A DNA stretch of 64,000 nucleotides from Leucoraja ocellata. Taxonomy: Eukaryota. Made by a program: the position numbers and the translations under genes. How positions within the stretch are numbered: the stretch's first letter is position 1; the number at the start of each line of letters is the position of its first letter. Below the pieces are notes generated by a model. The model saw only the letters and a list, made by a program, of their open reading frames with translations, ran no database searches and was not told the origin of the DNA. The stretch is taken from assembly GCA_036785375.1 (NCBI GenBank), contig JAWMAR010000203.1, forward strand, positions 3,534,001 through 3,598,000. Direction: 5' to 3'. This document shows, piece after piece, positions 13,440 through 25,514 of this stretch.

Positions 13440-15035
13440 GAGTCATAGAGTTGTATAGTGTGGAAACAGGCCCTTGGGCCTAACCTGCTCACACCCACCA
13501 ACATGTCCCATCTACACTAGTCCCACATGCCTGCATTTGGCCCATATCCCTCAAAACCTATCCTATCCATGTACCTGTCCAAATATTTTTTAAACATTGT
13601 TATAGTACCTGCTTCAATATATTCTTCCAGCAGCTTGTTCCATATAACCATATAACAATTACAGCACGGAAACAGGCCATCTCGGCCCTACAAGTCCGTG
13701 CCGAACAACTTTTTTCCCTTAGTCCCACCTGCCTGCACTCATACCATAACCCTCCATTCCCTTCTCATCCATATGCCTATCCAATTTATTTTTAAATGAA
13801 ACCAACGAACCTGCTGACACCACTTCCACTGGAAGCTCATTCCACACCGCTACCACTCTCTGAGTAAAGAAGTTCCCCCTCATGTTACCCCTAAACTTCT
13901 GTCCCTTAATTCTGAAGTCATGTCCATATGAATGATATTTTATCGTCACATGTACAGTGAAATATTTTGTGTTGCATACAACCCGGTAAAATCATACAGC
14001 AGACCTCACCTAGGCAGTACACAAAGAGTTGTAACATTTCTGGTGCCGACAAAGTTACGAAAAGTTAATCAAATGATACCCACCCATATGTGTGAAAAAA
14101 GTTGTCCCTCAGGTTCCTATCAAAGTTTCCCATCTCTTTCCCTCACTGTAAACTGACTCCACCCATCTGTCAGTCAACCCCCCCCCCCACCTGTATCCAC
14201 CTATCACTGGCCAGGCTTTCTCCCGTCCCTCACCTAATTTTCAACCACCCACCCCCCCCCCCCCCCCTCCCGCCTCCACGGCAATCAGTCTGAAGAAGGG
14301 TCGCGACCTGAGACGTCACCTATCCATATTGTCGAGAGATGCTCTCTGATCCGCTGAGTTACTCAGCATAAAGCCATAATACATAGGAGCAGAATTAGGC
14401 CATTCACACCATTGAATCTGCTCTGCAATTCAATAAAGACTGATCTATTTTTCATTCTCAACCACATTTTCCTGCCTTCTCCCCGTAACCTTTGATGCCC
14501 TTACTAATCAAGAACCTGTCATTCTTTGCTTTAAAAAATACTCAGTGACTACGCCTCCACAGCCATCTGTGGCAATTCCACAGATTCACCACCCTCTGAT
14601 TGAAGAAATTTCCCCTCATCTCCTTTCTATCCATCCAGCATCTGCTGATCCTTGTGCCTGCAATCATTCTTCAAACACTTTCTATTCATAATTCCAATTC
14701 AACAGATCTGTGTAAAAAAACTCAAGACATTTCTTTGTGAAGATTGTGACACAAGGGAGAGCCACAGGGAACAGGGTATCGAGGGCAATTAGTCATAGTC
14801 ATACTGCCTGGAAACAGGCCCTTTGACCCAACTTGCCCACACCGACCAACGTGTCCCATCTATACTAATCGCAACTGCCTGCGTTTGGCCCATATCCCAC
14901 TAAACCTGTCGTATCCGGGTATCAGTCTAAAGGTTTCTTAAATGTTGGGATAGAACTTGCCTCAACAACCACCTCCAGCAGCTTGCTCCATGCACCCACC
15001 ACCCTTTGTGTAAAAAGGATACACCTCAGGTTCCT
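13440..15035. mobile_element. Nested CR1 3' ends and Penelope-derived short repeats
   Basis: Repeated ggaaacaggccc..acactagtcccac CR1 tails, and a ctgaagaagggtc..gatgct..gctgagttactc unit at about 14290-14370. Confidence 0.7.
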
Positions 15036-15037
15036 AT

Positions 15038-15262
15038 AGGGGGGTTGCACGTAAGGTCACTGGGTCATAGGGCTTGACGCACGGAGCTGGAGGATTGAAA
15101 ATATTGTGAATTATTGCGTTTGCTCAATGCATTTCATCAACAGTAAGGCATTATTTGTGTTTTTTCTTGATTCCTTTGGTATCTAAAAAGTCTCAGAAGT
15201 GATAAACCTGGCTGCAAATATTGCTTCAGAGGTGTTTTCTTTTTGTATGTAAAAACCTTCCT
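15038..15262 (+). mobile_element. Truncated copy of the AGGG-terminus MITE family
   Basis: at|agggggggttgcacgtaaggtcactgggtcatagg is nearly identical to the start of 19075-19974. Confidence 0.8.
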
Positions 15263-15269
15263 GTGCGCC

Positions 15270-16410
15270 GTGTAGATGGCTGCACTGACGAGAGCTTCGA
15301 GTCATCTCAGCAAACTTGCATGTATTTATTTTTTATTACTTGTTCTTTTTGTACATACTGTTCTTTCACGCATTCAGTATGATCGACAATCACTTTTGGA
15401 GATAAGAAAGGCAGCCAACGGGGACTATAAGCTGGTTATTGATATCACGGATGACAGCCTCCCCTGAGTGCTTTGCTTACCTGCACGGCAGTGGGGGAGG
15501 AACGCTAAGAGAGGGAAGCGTGTCGGCGTTCTGTGCAGAAGTCGGTGAAGAAACAACAAACCTCCTCTGCCCAGCATCCTGCTAGCTCATGTGCAATCCC
15601 TGGATAATAAACTGGACGAGTTGCGCGCACGGATCGAACACCATCGGGACATTAAGAAATGCTGTGTTCTGGTGTTCACAGAGACGTGGCTGGAGACCAG
15701 CGTACCCGACTGTGCCGTAACTCCGGAGAGTTTTTCCGTCTACCGACAAGACAGAAGGAAGGAATCAGGCAAGTTGAAAGGAGGGGGGAGTATGCTTTAT
15801 GGTTAACTCTTTGTGGGCCACAGATGTCTGCGTTTTCACTACTCACTGCTCCCCGGTTCTGGAGCTGTTGACCATTAAAGCTAGACTGTTCTCCCTCCCG
15901 AGCGGGTTCAGCTCAGTCCTCCTTACAGTTGTTTACATCCCCCCACACGCTGATAAAACCCTAGCCCTGGACCAACTGTATAGGACTGTAAATGAGCTGG
16001 AGAACTCCCACCCTGAGTCTGCGGTCATTGTTCTGGGAGACTTCAACGGAGCCAACATGAAGAAGGTTCTCCCAAAATATTGCCAACATATCATTTTTCC
16101 CATCAGGGGAGAGCAGACCTTAGACCATTGTTACACCCCATTCAGAGCGATACATCCCCCGCCCGGCTTTTGGGAAGCCAGACCACTGTTCCACCCTACT
16201 GCTGCCTGCATACAGGCAGAAACTAAAACAGAAGAAACAGTTTCCAGGGACATTTACAAATGGAACAATGTGGCTGATGAGGTCTTGCAGGACTGCTTTG
16301 ACAAAACTGACTGGCAGATGTTTGAGGATGCAGCAGAAGGCAGCATCAACGATTACACAGTTTGTCACAGGCTACATAAGTAAGTGCATCGATGATGTTG
16401 TTCCAAGAGC
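15270..16410 (+). mobile_element. Rex1/Babar-type LINE 5' part (APE endonuclease), frameshifted
   Basis: LPSILLAHVQSLDNKLDEL, CVLVFTETWL, SGKLKGGG, VYIPP, LGDFN, TLDHCY. Confidence 0.85.
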
Positions 16411-16934
16411 CACCATCTGTTTTTTCTGCCGATATGGGGTTCAAATTCATCGCAACCGCAACGTTCCAATCGATCGCGTTCTACAAAACCCCTCGCAAGA
16501 TGATTTAAATGCCCATTAATTTACGGGAATTAAACATTAAATTCCTTCCATTTGGCCTATAAATTCATGACAATGACATTTAAAAATCACGTTACATTGT
16601 GAATTCTTGTGTGAATGTTATTTGGACACTTAGACTATTTAAAAAGTTAACCTTTTCTTAAGAAATGGATAGATGTTTAGATCTAATAATTAAATTTAGA
16701 TGAAACTGATAAATATGAATTTCTTGTACTTGTATACCTCGTTTGGAAAAAGTCTGTCTGAAACAGAGAAATGGCTGAGTTCACATTTCTCTTTGTCGGA
16801 TGCACAAGGTTATTCATTTGGTGCTGTTAAGTTAAAAGTGAAGGCTCTCGTTAACTTTGATAACTTTAAAAATACTCACCAATCACAAGGAACTTGGAGC
16901 ATTTATGAAAATTTGTGATGAAACTTTTAAACTT

Positions 16935-17385
16935 TCAGAAGATACAAGACACAATTTATTTGTCATTTGGACCCCTTGAGGTCCAAACGAAATGACGTTT
17001 CTGCAGCCATACATTACAAACAAATAGACCCAAGACACAACATATTTTACATAAACATCCATCACATTGCTGTGATGGAAGGCCAAAAAAACTTATCTCT
17101 TCACTGCACTCTCTCCCCCCCCCCCCCCCCCCCCCGATGTCAGAGTGAAAGTCAAAGCCCCCGGCTGGCGATGGCGATTGTCCCGCGGCCATTAAAGCCA
17201 CGCCGGGTGATGGAAGGTCGCACACCGGGTTCTTGATGTTAGAGCCCCCGGCGTGCGCTCGCAGAGTCCCGCAGCCATTCCAAGCCGCGCGGGGTGGTGC
17301 TGTAAGGCCCCGCTCCAGGAGCTCTTCGACCCCGCAACTCGGGCAGGAGAAGTCGCCGTTGCGGGAGCCATGAAAAGCGGTCCCC
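16935..17385 (-). mobile_element. GC-rich short non-LTR element; a second copy in opposite orientation lies at about 59960-60440
   Basis: The two copies share about 400 bp of clear similarity, including the caaatgacaaataaa tail. Confidence 0.75.
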
Positions 17386-19074
17386 AACCAAGGAAACAGA
17401 AATTGAAGAAAATACTAAATTTTCTGTCTGAATTCAGGGCTGCTCTTACAATAAAGTATCACACAAAGATCAGTGAACTTAGGGCACAGTTGAAAACTCC
17501 CAAATGTGTAGTTAATCAAGCCTTAAAGAGAAAGCAATACCAAATAGATTTAACGGACAGAAAGATTCAGGCACTCAAAACCAAATTACGTGGGAAAACG
17601 TTTGCACGAGAGCTTGCTGAAACCAAGGCAGAGCTTTTGAGATTTAAAAAAGCACACAGACAATTGCTGATGTTTCATGACAGTAAGAAAAAGAGGAAAA
17701 CTGTTTCAATTCACCAGTACAGAAAAGTTCATGAAAATTTAAAGGACATGGAAGAGGATGTGAGACGCCTCGAATTTGACAATCTTGTCCACAAAGAAAC
17801 AATCAAAACTCTGCAGGCTGCCAGTATTGTCAAGTCAAAGGTGGACCAGAAAACTTACTCCTCAACAACAAGCATGCATGTGTTTGACTGTATTGTAAAC
17901 AAAACTCCCACAGCAAACATTTCAATCATAATAAGCCAGTTCTACAAGCGGAGTGGACTTAATCTGGATCATGTTCCTCGACGCAGTGCAGTTGAAGTTA
18001 TGGCCCGAGAATTGGGAGCTATTGCTGAGTTGCAAACAGCAGAGATGCTCCTTGCAACAAAGGGTTTGACTGTGGGTTTTGATGCAACCACCCAGGAAGA
18101 GACCCACATTAACAGTGTACACTTCACCACCACAGACAAATGTCTCTCTGCAGCAGTCGATGAATTGGCTGGTGGAACTGCTGAGGACTATGCACAACAT
18201 ATTTGCGAAACAGTTGACAATTTGTGTAAAACTTACACTCATTTCAATGAGCAAGCAGATTTTCAAGATACCAGGCAAAAGATAATCGCTAACATTTCAA
18301 ACACAATGAGTGACAGGTGTGCAGCTAATCATGCTGCTATTAGGATTGTGAGTAGCGAGTGGGGTAAATCTTTGAATGAGCTCTACTGCCACTTGCATTG
18401 TCTTGATTCCATTGCAACATCAGTTCGCTCAGCCCTCAAAATGCAGAGACAATCCGGAGGAAAATTCTTGTTTGGGTAAGACTGTCTAGCAGTAAATGCC
18501 ATACTGAAGATGAGCAAACTTCGGTACAAGAATGGAAAAGGGGACCCAAAAGGATTTGTCGCATTTTTGGATGACAGGAACATCACCCGAGTTGTCCTCC
18601 CACGATACCTTGGCAACAGATTGTACATACTGTTTCATATTAGTGGCAAGCTCATAGAATATTATGATGACTTTGTTGCCCTGCTGAATAGCAGAACATT
18701 CTGTGGGGGGTTGAAAAGCGCCATCCTCCATGACTTCACCCAGGCTGATGCAAAAGTAGAACTTCAGATATTAGACTTACTTGGCAAATATCTGACTGGG
18801 CCTTGGATGAAGCACTTCTACACTTCAAGCCAGAATCAGATCAATCATGTTGATGGCATCAAAGTGGTCAAAGGGGTGATTGCTACTCTAAAGGAAGCCA
18901 CAGATAATCCAGCCAACTTGATATTAGCAAGGGAAGATTTCTTTGGTGAGGAGGTACATCTTGATGCCACATTGACAAAACTTTGGGAGCTACCAGTACA
19001 TCCACAGTTCAGTTCAAAGATGAGGAGCTGTCTTCAAGCTGTCATCACTATGTTGGAGAGGTAGTATAGTAAAT

Positions 19075-19974
19075 AGGGGGGTTGCACGTAAGGTCACTGG
19101 GTCATAGGACTTGACGTATGGAGCCGCTCAATCCATCTGGAGGACATCCGTCACTTCCAGTATATGATATTAATGCAAGAAACGCGTACATTCCTACCTG
19201 TTAAAAAACGCCAAAATGTTTGATTTTTGCGCTGTAAAAAATTGTGGAAGTCGGGGTAAGTGTGAGAGACATGTACCCAACTTCAGAATGCCAGAAGTGA
19301 AGCGAAATTAAGGTAAAGGGAAGCGAGAGCTGAAGGGATAACAGTAGCTAAAGTGCTTGGCGAACATTGGATGTGCAGATATCGGAATTGAAAATATTGG
19401 GAATTATCATGTTTGCTCACTGCATTTCATCAAGTAAGGCATTATTTGTGTTTTTTCTTGATTCCATCGGCATCTAAAAAGTCTCAGAAGTGATAAATCT
19501 GGCTGTAAATTTTTCTTCAGATGCGTTTTCATTTTGTATGTAAAACCCCACTTGATAACCATGGGCGATTTAAAAAATTTACAGACAGATTTATCACTTC
19601 TGAAACTTTTTAGATGCCAAAGGAATCAAGAAAAAACACTAATAATGACTTACTGTTGATGACGTGCAGTGAGCAAACGGCCAATGTTCGCTAAGCACTC
19701 TGACTGTTGTTGTCCCTTCAGCTCTCGCTTCTATCTACTGTCATTTCTCTTCACTTCTGGAATCCTGAAGTAGGCTAAATGTCTCTCACGCTTATCCCGA
19801 TTTCCATAATTATTTACAGCGCAAAAATTGACAATTGCGGCGGGTTTTAATGGGCCCTCTACCCTGGAAACAATGGTAAGTGCCTACCTGCAGTTCATTG
19901 CGTGTAATCCATTTGGAGTAGCGTAGCAACAGCACGGGTCATGGGTCATGACCCGATTGCCGTGAAACCTCCCT
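19075..19974. mobile_element. MITE A, AGGG..CCCT termini, AT target duplication (ISL2EU/Harbinger-related by TSD)
   Basis: Imperfect TIR aggggggttgcacg / cgtgaaacctccct, internal inverted repeats, flanked by AT on both sides. Confidence 0.8.
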
Positions 19975-19976
19975 AT

Positions 19977-20714
19977 AGGGTGATTTCACCAAAGGTCAAA
20001 TGAGCGTAGATCCCCCCTCACGTGACCGAAAATTTTAACTGGAGGACATCTCTCAGTTTGGTACATGTAAGTGAATGGGGAAACACGCACTTTCCCACCC
20101 GTTAAAAACATGGAAAACGGCCGATTTTGGAGCTGAAATTTTCTGTGCTAGTCGGGGTGACCGTGAAGCACAGCGACCTAAATTTTCAGGCAAAAAAAAA
20201 GATAGAAAGTGAGGTCATTACAAGAGGGAACTGAAGGTAGAAAGCGGCGGAAGTGAACAGCTGACAATTGCCGTGGTGATTTTAAGATCCAAAATATCGG
20301 GAATTATCGCGTTTGCTCGCTGAATTTCATCAAAAGTAAGGCATTATTAACTTACTTTTGATGAAATTCAGCGAGCAAACGCGATAATTCCCGATATTTT
20401 GGATCTTAAAATCACCACGGCAATTGTCAGCTGTTCACTTCCGCCGTTTTCTACCTTCAGTTCCCTCTTGTAATTACCTCACTTTCTATCTTTTTTTTTG
20501 CCTGAAAATTTAGGTCGCTGTGCTTCACGGTCACCCCGACTAGCACAGAAAATTTCAGCTCCAAAATCGGCCGTTTTCCATGTTTTTAACGGGTGGGAAA
20601 GTGCGTGTTTCCCCATTCACTTACATGTACCAAACTGAGAGATGTCCTCCAGTTAAAATTTTCGGTCACGTGAGGGGGGATCTACGCTCATTTGACCTTT
20701 GGTGAAATCACCCT
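19977..20714. mobile_element. MITE B, near-perfect 738-bp palindrome
   Basis: Arms 19977-20340 and 20351-20714 around a 10-nt loop gcattattaa. Two mismatches found by eye. Flanked by AT. Confidence 0.95.
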
Positions 20715-21349
20715 ATACTTTGTACTTGATGTAACTGAGAAACTGAAGGAGGAGACTGCATCAGCAAGATCACACAAAATTGATGCGGAAGAGATAATGG
20801 GCATGATTAGCTCATCAAAACAGAAATCTCCCAATGCCACCATGTGTTATTTGTCTGTAGGATGCGGGCCTGCAAGAATAGAACAGTCAATTCCCTTAAT
20901 AATCACGAGGAGCATCATAGGGAGGAGGTGCTCTGTAAGGCAGTGACATGGGGGAGAGTGCAGAGGAACAGATGGAATAAAAAGCAGAAGCAATTGAGAG
21001 CAGAAATCATCAAGCGACGGAAAAGCAAGGAGCATGCTCGGGACACGAAAGAGAGGAAAAAGCGAGGAAAAAAATTGAAAGAGACTGATTTAAACAGCAT
21101 TCACAAAGATTATCCGAATGTGGACTACTCCAAATGTGATGATCTACAGGACATTCTTAATGGGAAAGTTGTGGGCAGAAAGGCATGTCATGCGTGGTTT
21201 GAAGAGCAAAAACTTGTAGTTTACAATGCCAAAATTTAAAAGTTGAGGAAAAACAAGGTGTACAGTTGCCTACTGGTTGTAATCTGAGGAATATGATGAT
21301 GCTACTGATTTTGATATGCCAATGTACCAGCTAGCAACTGATCTTCATC

Positions 21350-21850
21350 ATTTGGACTACGCAGTTGCAGCATGGGACCCATACACAAATAAAAACATTT
21401 CTTCCATCGAACGTGTCCAAAGACAGGCAGCTCGATTTGTTACTAACACCTATGAGAGAGAAGCGAGTGTCACCAAACTTCTGAATTCTCTGGGGTGGAA
21501 CCCTCTCCAAGACAGACGTGAAGCTCACTGTTTGACCTGTTTTTACGAAATGTTAAATGGTCAGCTCGACATAGACTACAAGACCTACACAAAACCAAAC
21601 CAATTAGGGGCAGACGAGGGCATGCGATCCAATTTGTGATCCCAGCTACAAAGACAAATGTATACAACAATTTGTTCTTCCCCCGCACAATTAAAGCATG
21701 GAATAATCTCCACCCAACTATAGTTACCCAACCAGATGCAACTAAATTTAAAGTAGCTCTTTCTTCCCAATAACCCTTTCTGGCTTAAGCCCTCCCTTCA
21801 CCACCTCCAGTTTAAATTCCATTTGGAATATTTTGGAGGACCAAGAAACG
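21350..21850 (+). mobile_element. 3' end of a divergent CR1/L2-group LINE
   Basis: LDYAVAAWDPY..IERVQRQAARFV..LGWNPLQDRR..FFPRTIKAWN. Its tail also occurs reversed at about 12150-12200. Confidence 0.8.
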
Positions 21851-22281
21851 ATAAAGAAGGTTTTCGGCCCGAAACGTCGCCTATTTCCTTCTCTCCATAG
21901 ATGCTGCTGCACCCGCTGAGTTTCTCCAGCATTTTGTGTACCAACGATAAAGACTTGGTCTTTTGCTAGAAATTGTAAATTATTTACCTATCTATAACTG
22001 ACACAGCATATAATACAATAATATTAAAGTTATGATCTTGAGAATATCACATTTTTGATTTTTCAAAACAGTCTGGGTGTTTATTACTATTTCTGTTACA
22101 ACGGTCAATTTTGTAATTAGCTACAATTAGGTAACTAACTAATTATATGCTTGAATTTCAGGTCATCCAAGTAAGAATGTTTCATATTTGTTTCCGAATG
22201 CTTCAATCTATAATAACTTTTAAGAAAGTTATGGGCTTTTGACTGTCCTCGATCACAGCTTTTGAGTTAATTCAATGGAAA

Positions 22282-22923
22282 AGCAATATAGAAACATAGA
22301 AAATAGGTGCAGAAGTAGGCCATTCGGCCCTTCGAGCCTGCACCGCCATTCAATATGATCATGGCTGATCATCCAACTCAGTATCCTGTACCTGCCTTCT
22401 CTCCATACCCCCTGACCCCTTTAGCCACATCTAACTCCCTCTTAAATATAGCCAATGAACTGGCCTCAACTACCTTCTGCGGGAGAGAATTCCAGAGATT
22501 CCAGGACAAGGGGTCACAGCTTAAGGATAAGGGGGAAATCCTTTAAAACCGAGATGAGAAGAACTTTTTTCACACAGAGAGTGGTGAATCTCTGGAACTC
22601 TCTGCTGCAGAGGGTAGTCTAGGCCAGTTCATTGGCTATATTTAACAGGGAGTTAGATGTGGCCCTTGTGGCTAAGGGGATCAGAGGGTATGGAGAGAAG
22701 GCAGGTACGGGATACTGAGTTGGATGATCAGCCATGATCATATTGAATGGCGGTGCAGGCTCGAAGGGCCGAATGGCCTACTCCTGCATCTAATTTCTAT
22801 GTTTCTATTCACCACTGTTTTTCTCATCTCGGTCCTAAAAGATTTCCCCTTTATCCTTAAACTGTGACCCCTTGTTCTGGACTTCCCCAACATCGGGGAC
22901 AATCTTCCTGCATCTAGCAATAT
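22282..22923. mobile_element. CR1 3' end (minus) with a second CR1 3' end (plus) nested inside
   Basis: Outer TSD agcaatat at 22282-22289 and 22916-22923. The inner copy spans about 22501-22810. Confidence 0.8.
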
Positions 22924-23919
22924 GGAACAAGATGCTAATTTCTGAGTATGAAAATAGCCATAACATTTTAAATACTGAAGATATGAAAGTGAATTAGGTG
23001 TCAATTTACTTATTTTTATGGTTTATCTGATGGGATAAATTGCAGACTTAATTTTTAAGTCTCATAATGTTGTAACATTGCTGAACTACGTCATATAACC
23101 ATATAACAATTACAGCACGGAAACAGGCCATCTCGACCCTTCTAGTCCGAGCCGAACACATAATCTCGCCTAGTCCCATATACCTGCGCTCAGACCATAA
23201 CCCTCCATTCCCTTCCCATCCATATAACTATCCAATTTATTTTTAAATGATAAAAACGAACCTGCCTCCACCACCTTCACTGGAACCTCATTCCACACAG
23301 CTACCACTCTCTGAGTAAAGATATGTCCTTTTATCAACACCTTACATTTCACTGTATTACATCAACCATTCTTCAGCCCAACTGCCAAACGATCAAGATT
23401 CTGCTGATCCAGATTGTACCACACACACAGCGAAAAATTTTCCTAAGTTTCGTTTGTGGGGAAACACCACTAAGTTTCGTTTCTGACTTTCTGTTTCCAT
23501 TTCACGACTTTGGCCAAAGTCACTGTAACCTAACCCATTGCAACACCGAAAATCAACTGAGACATTGACATTAACGCATGTGATTCATGACAAACTTTTT
23601 GATAAATTCCACTAACTTACCAGCCTCACATATTTGAATATTCAAGTCATTGTGTTTTAAGTTTCAGATCCGCATTGACTGCACCAAATCCGGATACGTT
23701 TCATGCAGAGTGCAGTGCAATTGGAACTGGCCAGTGCTTATCTTGTAGACATTAGTGTATTAAAAATAAAGCAACATTTATCAATATGTATCCCTCAGTA
23801 TACAATTTTGATTATTCTGGCCAATCAACTCAAAATTTAATAAACGAATAATCTAAAAAGTATAACATCAACATAAATATTTTACAAATGAAAAATATTA
23901 TTAAAATGATATAAACACT

Positions 23920-24215
23920 GCGACAGAAGGAGGTTCCCTGTGGACTGGACGGGACGGTCCACAAAGGCTGGATTGGATTGAAGGTTGTGAAGGGGAGGGG
24001 GAGTACCGGCACCGCAGGCGCAGTGGTGGGTGAGCACGCCCTGGTGCCGGGTGAGCGCAGGCGCAGTAGCGGTACTGGTAAACGCCGGCGCGATGCCAAC
24101 TGCGCGCAGGCGCAATCTGCAGCAGGAGGAGAACGTTTTGTAACCTGTCGATCTCTCCTCTGCCTCGCAACTAGTGACGCAGCCGGCAATCTGGCATCGG
24201 ATTGGGCCGGACCTG
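23920..24215. promoter_or_regulatory. CpG-rich promoter-like island with repeated NRF1-type GCGCAGGCGCA motifs
   Basis: cgcaggcgca occurs three times (about 24013, 24056, 24105), with two GATTGG boxes, inside AT-rich flanks. Confidence 0.5.
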
Positions 24216-25314
24216 ATTATGTATCAATTTTAACTTCCTCATCTCAACGTGGAGCCAGAGTGAAAAGGTTTAGGGCACATTTGTCGATGCTGGGGCTGAC
24301 TTTTCATAAATGTACGTATTCCGTATCAATGTTTTGTAATTATAATTCCAGTTGTAAATGTATATTTGTTATATCTGTTATGTTAATATTGCATGTCTGT
24401 CTACTAAGTGTATTTGATCATTGTAGCACAGTAATTAAGTATAGGCAAGGCGTTGAGGGATATTAGGCCTAAATAAACACCGTGGATGCTGGAAACCTAA
24501 AATATCAGCAGAAAATGTTGGAAACTCAGTAGGTCGGGCAGCATAACACGGGGCCAAAATTTTATGTTGAAGACCCCGCTGCCACCAGAAATTTAATTGC
24601 CTTTGTTTCCATTTATTGCTGAGTTGCATCAAGCATTATTTATCTTTTGTAAGAGTTTTTAAACCTTTGTTTTAGGTGGTGGAAGGAATTATTCATGATT
24701 CAAGAGAGTTTATTGTTATTCCCAGATAGAAAAATGAAATTCTTGCTTTGCACAACAGAATATAGAAGGCAGGAATACAGAACAGATCAGTGTGTCCATA
24801 TACCATTATATAAATATATACATGCATGAATAAATAAAACAGATAATGGGCTATTAATGTTCAAAGTTTTGTTTGAGTTGAGTTCAATAGCCTGATGGTT
24901 GTGGTGAAAAAGCTGTTTCTGAACCTGGATGTTGCAGTCTTCAGGCTCCTGTACCTTTACCTGAAGGTAGCAGGGAGATGAGTGTTTGGCCAGGATGGTG
25001 TGGGTCCTTGATGATGCTGCCAGCCTTCTTGAGGCAGCGACTGCGATAAATCCCTTCGATGGTAGGGAAGTCAGAACTGCTGAAGAAGGCTTTCGACCCG
25101 AAATGCCACATACTCCTTTTCTCAACAGAAGCTGAGTTACTCCAGCACTTTGTGTCTATCTTTGATATTTATGAGTAGTTGTCTTGACCAACAGCATGGC
25201 TCTCACTTAACTTTTTTTTCTCTAATGCCAGCCGGGCAACCTAGGCAGCTTTTTAGGTTGCCAAATGACAGTTTAGGTAGTCATTTAAGACGGCTTGCAT
25301 GCATGTGCGATAAT

Positions 25315-25514
25315 NNNNNNNNNNNNNNNNNNNNNNNNNNNNNNNNNNNNNNNNNNNNNNNNNNNNNNNNNNNNNNNNNNNNNNNNNNNNNNNNNNNNNN
25401 NNNNNNNNNNNNNNNNNNNNNNNNNNNNNNNNNNNNNNNNNNNNNNNNNNNNNNNNNNNNNNNNNNNNNNNNNNNNNNNNNNNNNNNNNNNNNNNNNNNN
25501 NNNNNNNNNNNNNN
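25315..25514. other. Assembly gap (200 N)
   Basis: Run of N. Confidence 1.

Larger units (their letters stand above)
16700..21350 (+). pseudogene. Decayed DDE DNA transposase with a CxxH motif (hAT/P/Kolobok-like group), interrupted by later insertions
   Basis: Consecutive ORF pieces give VGFDATTQ (D1), TMSDRCAAN (D2), CHLH (CxxH) and SHKIDAEEIMG (candidate E). Stops at 18477 and 19062. The frame is restored across the MITEs. Confidence 0.75.

Noticed and set aside
15276-15467. Signal-peptide-like ORF
   Set aside because: It is the N-terminal leader region of the Rex1/Babar-type LINE that follows.
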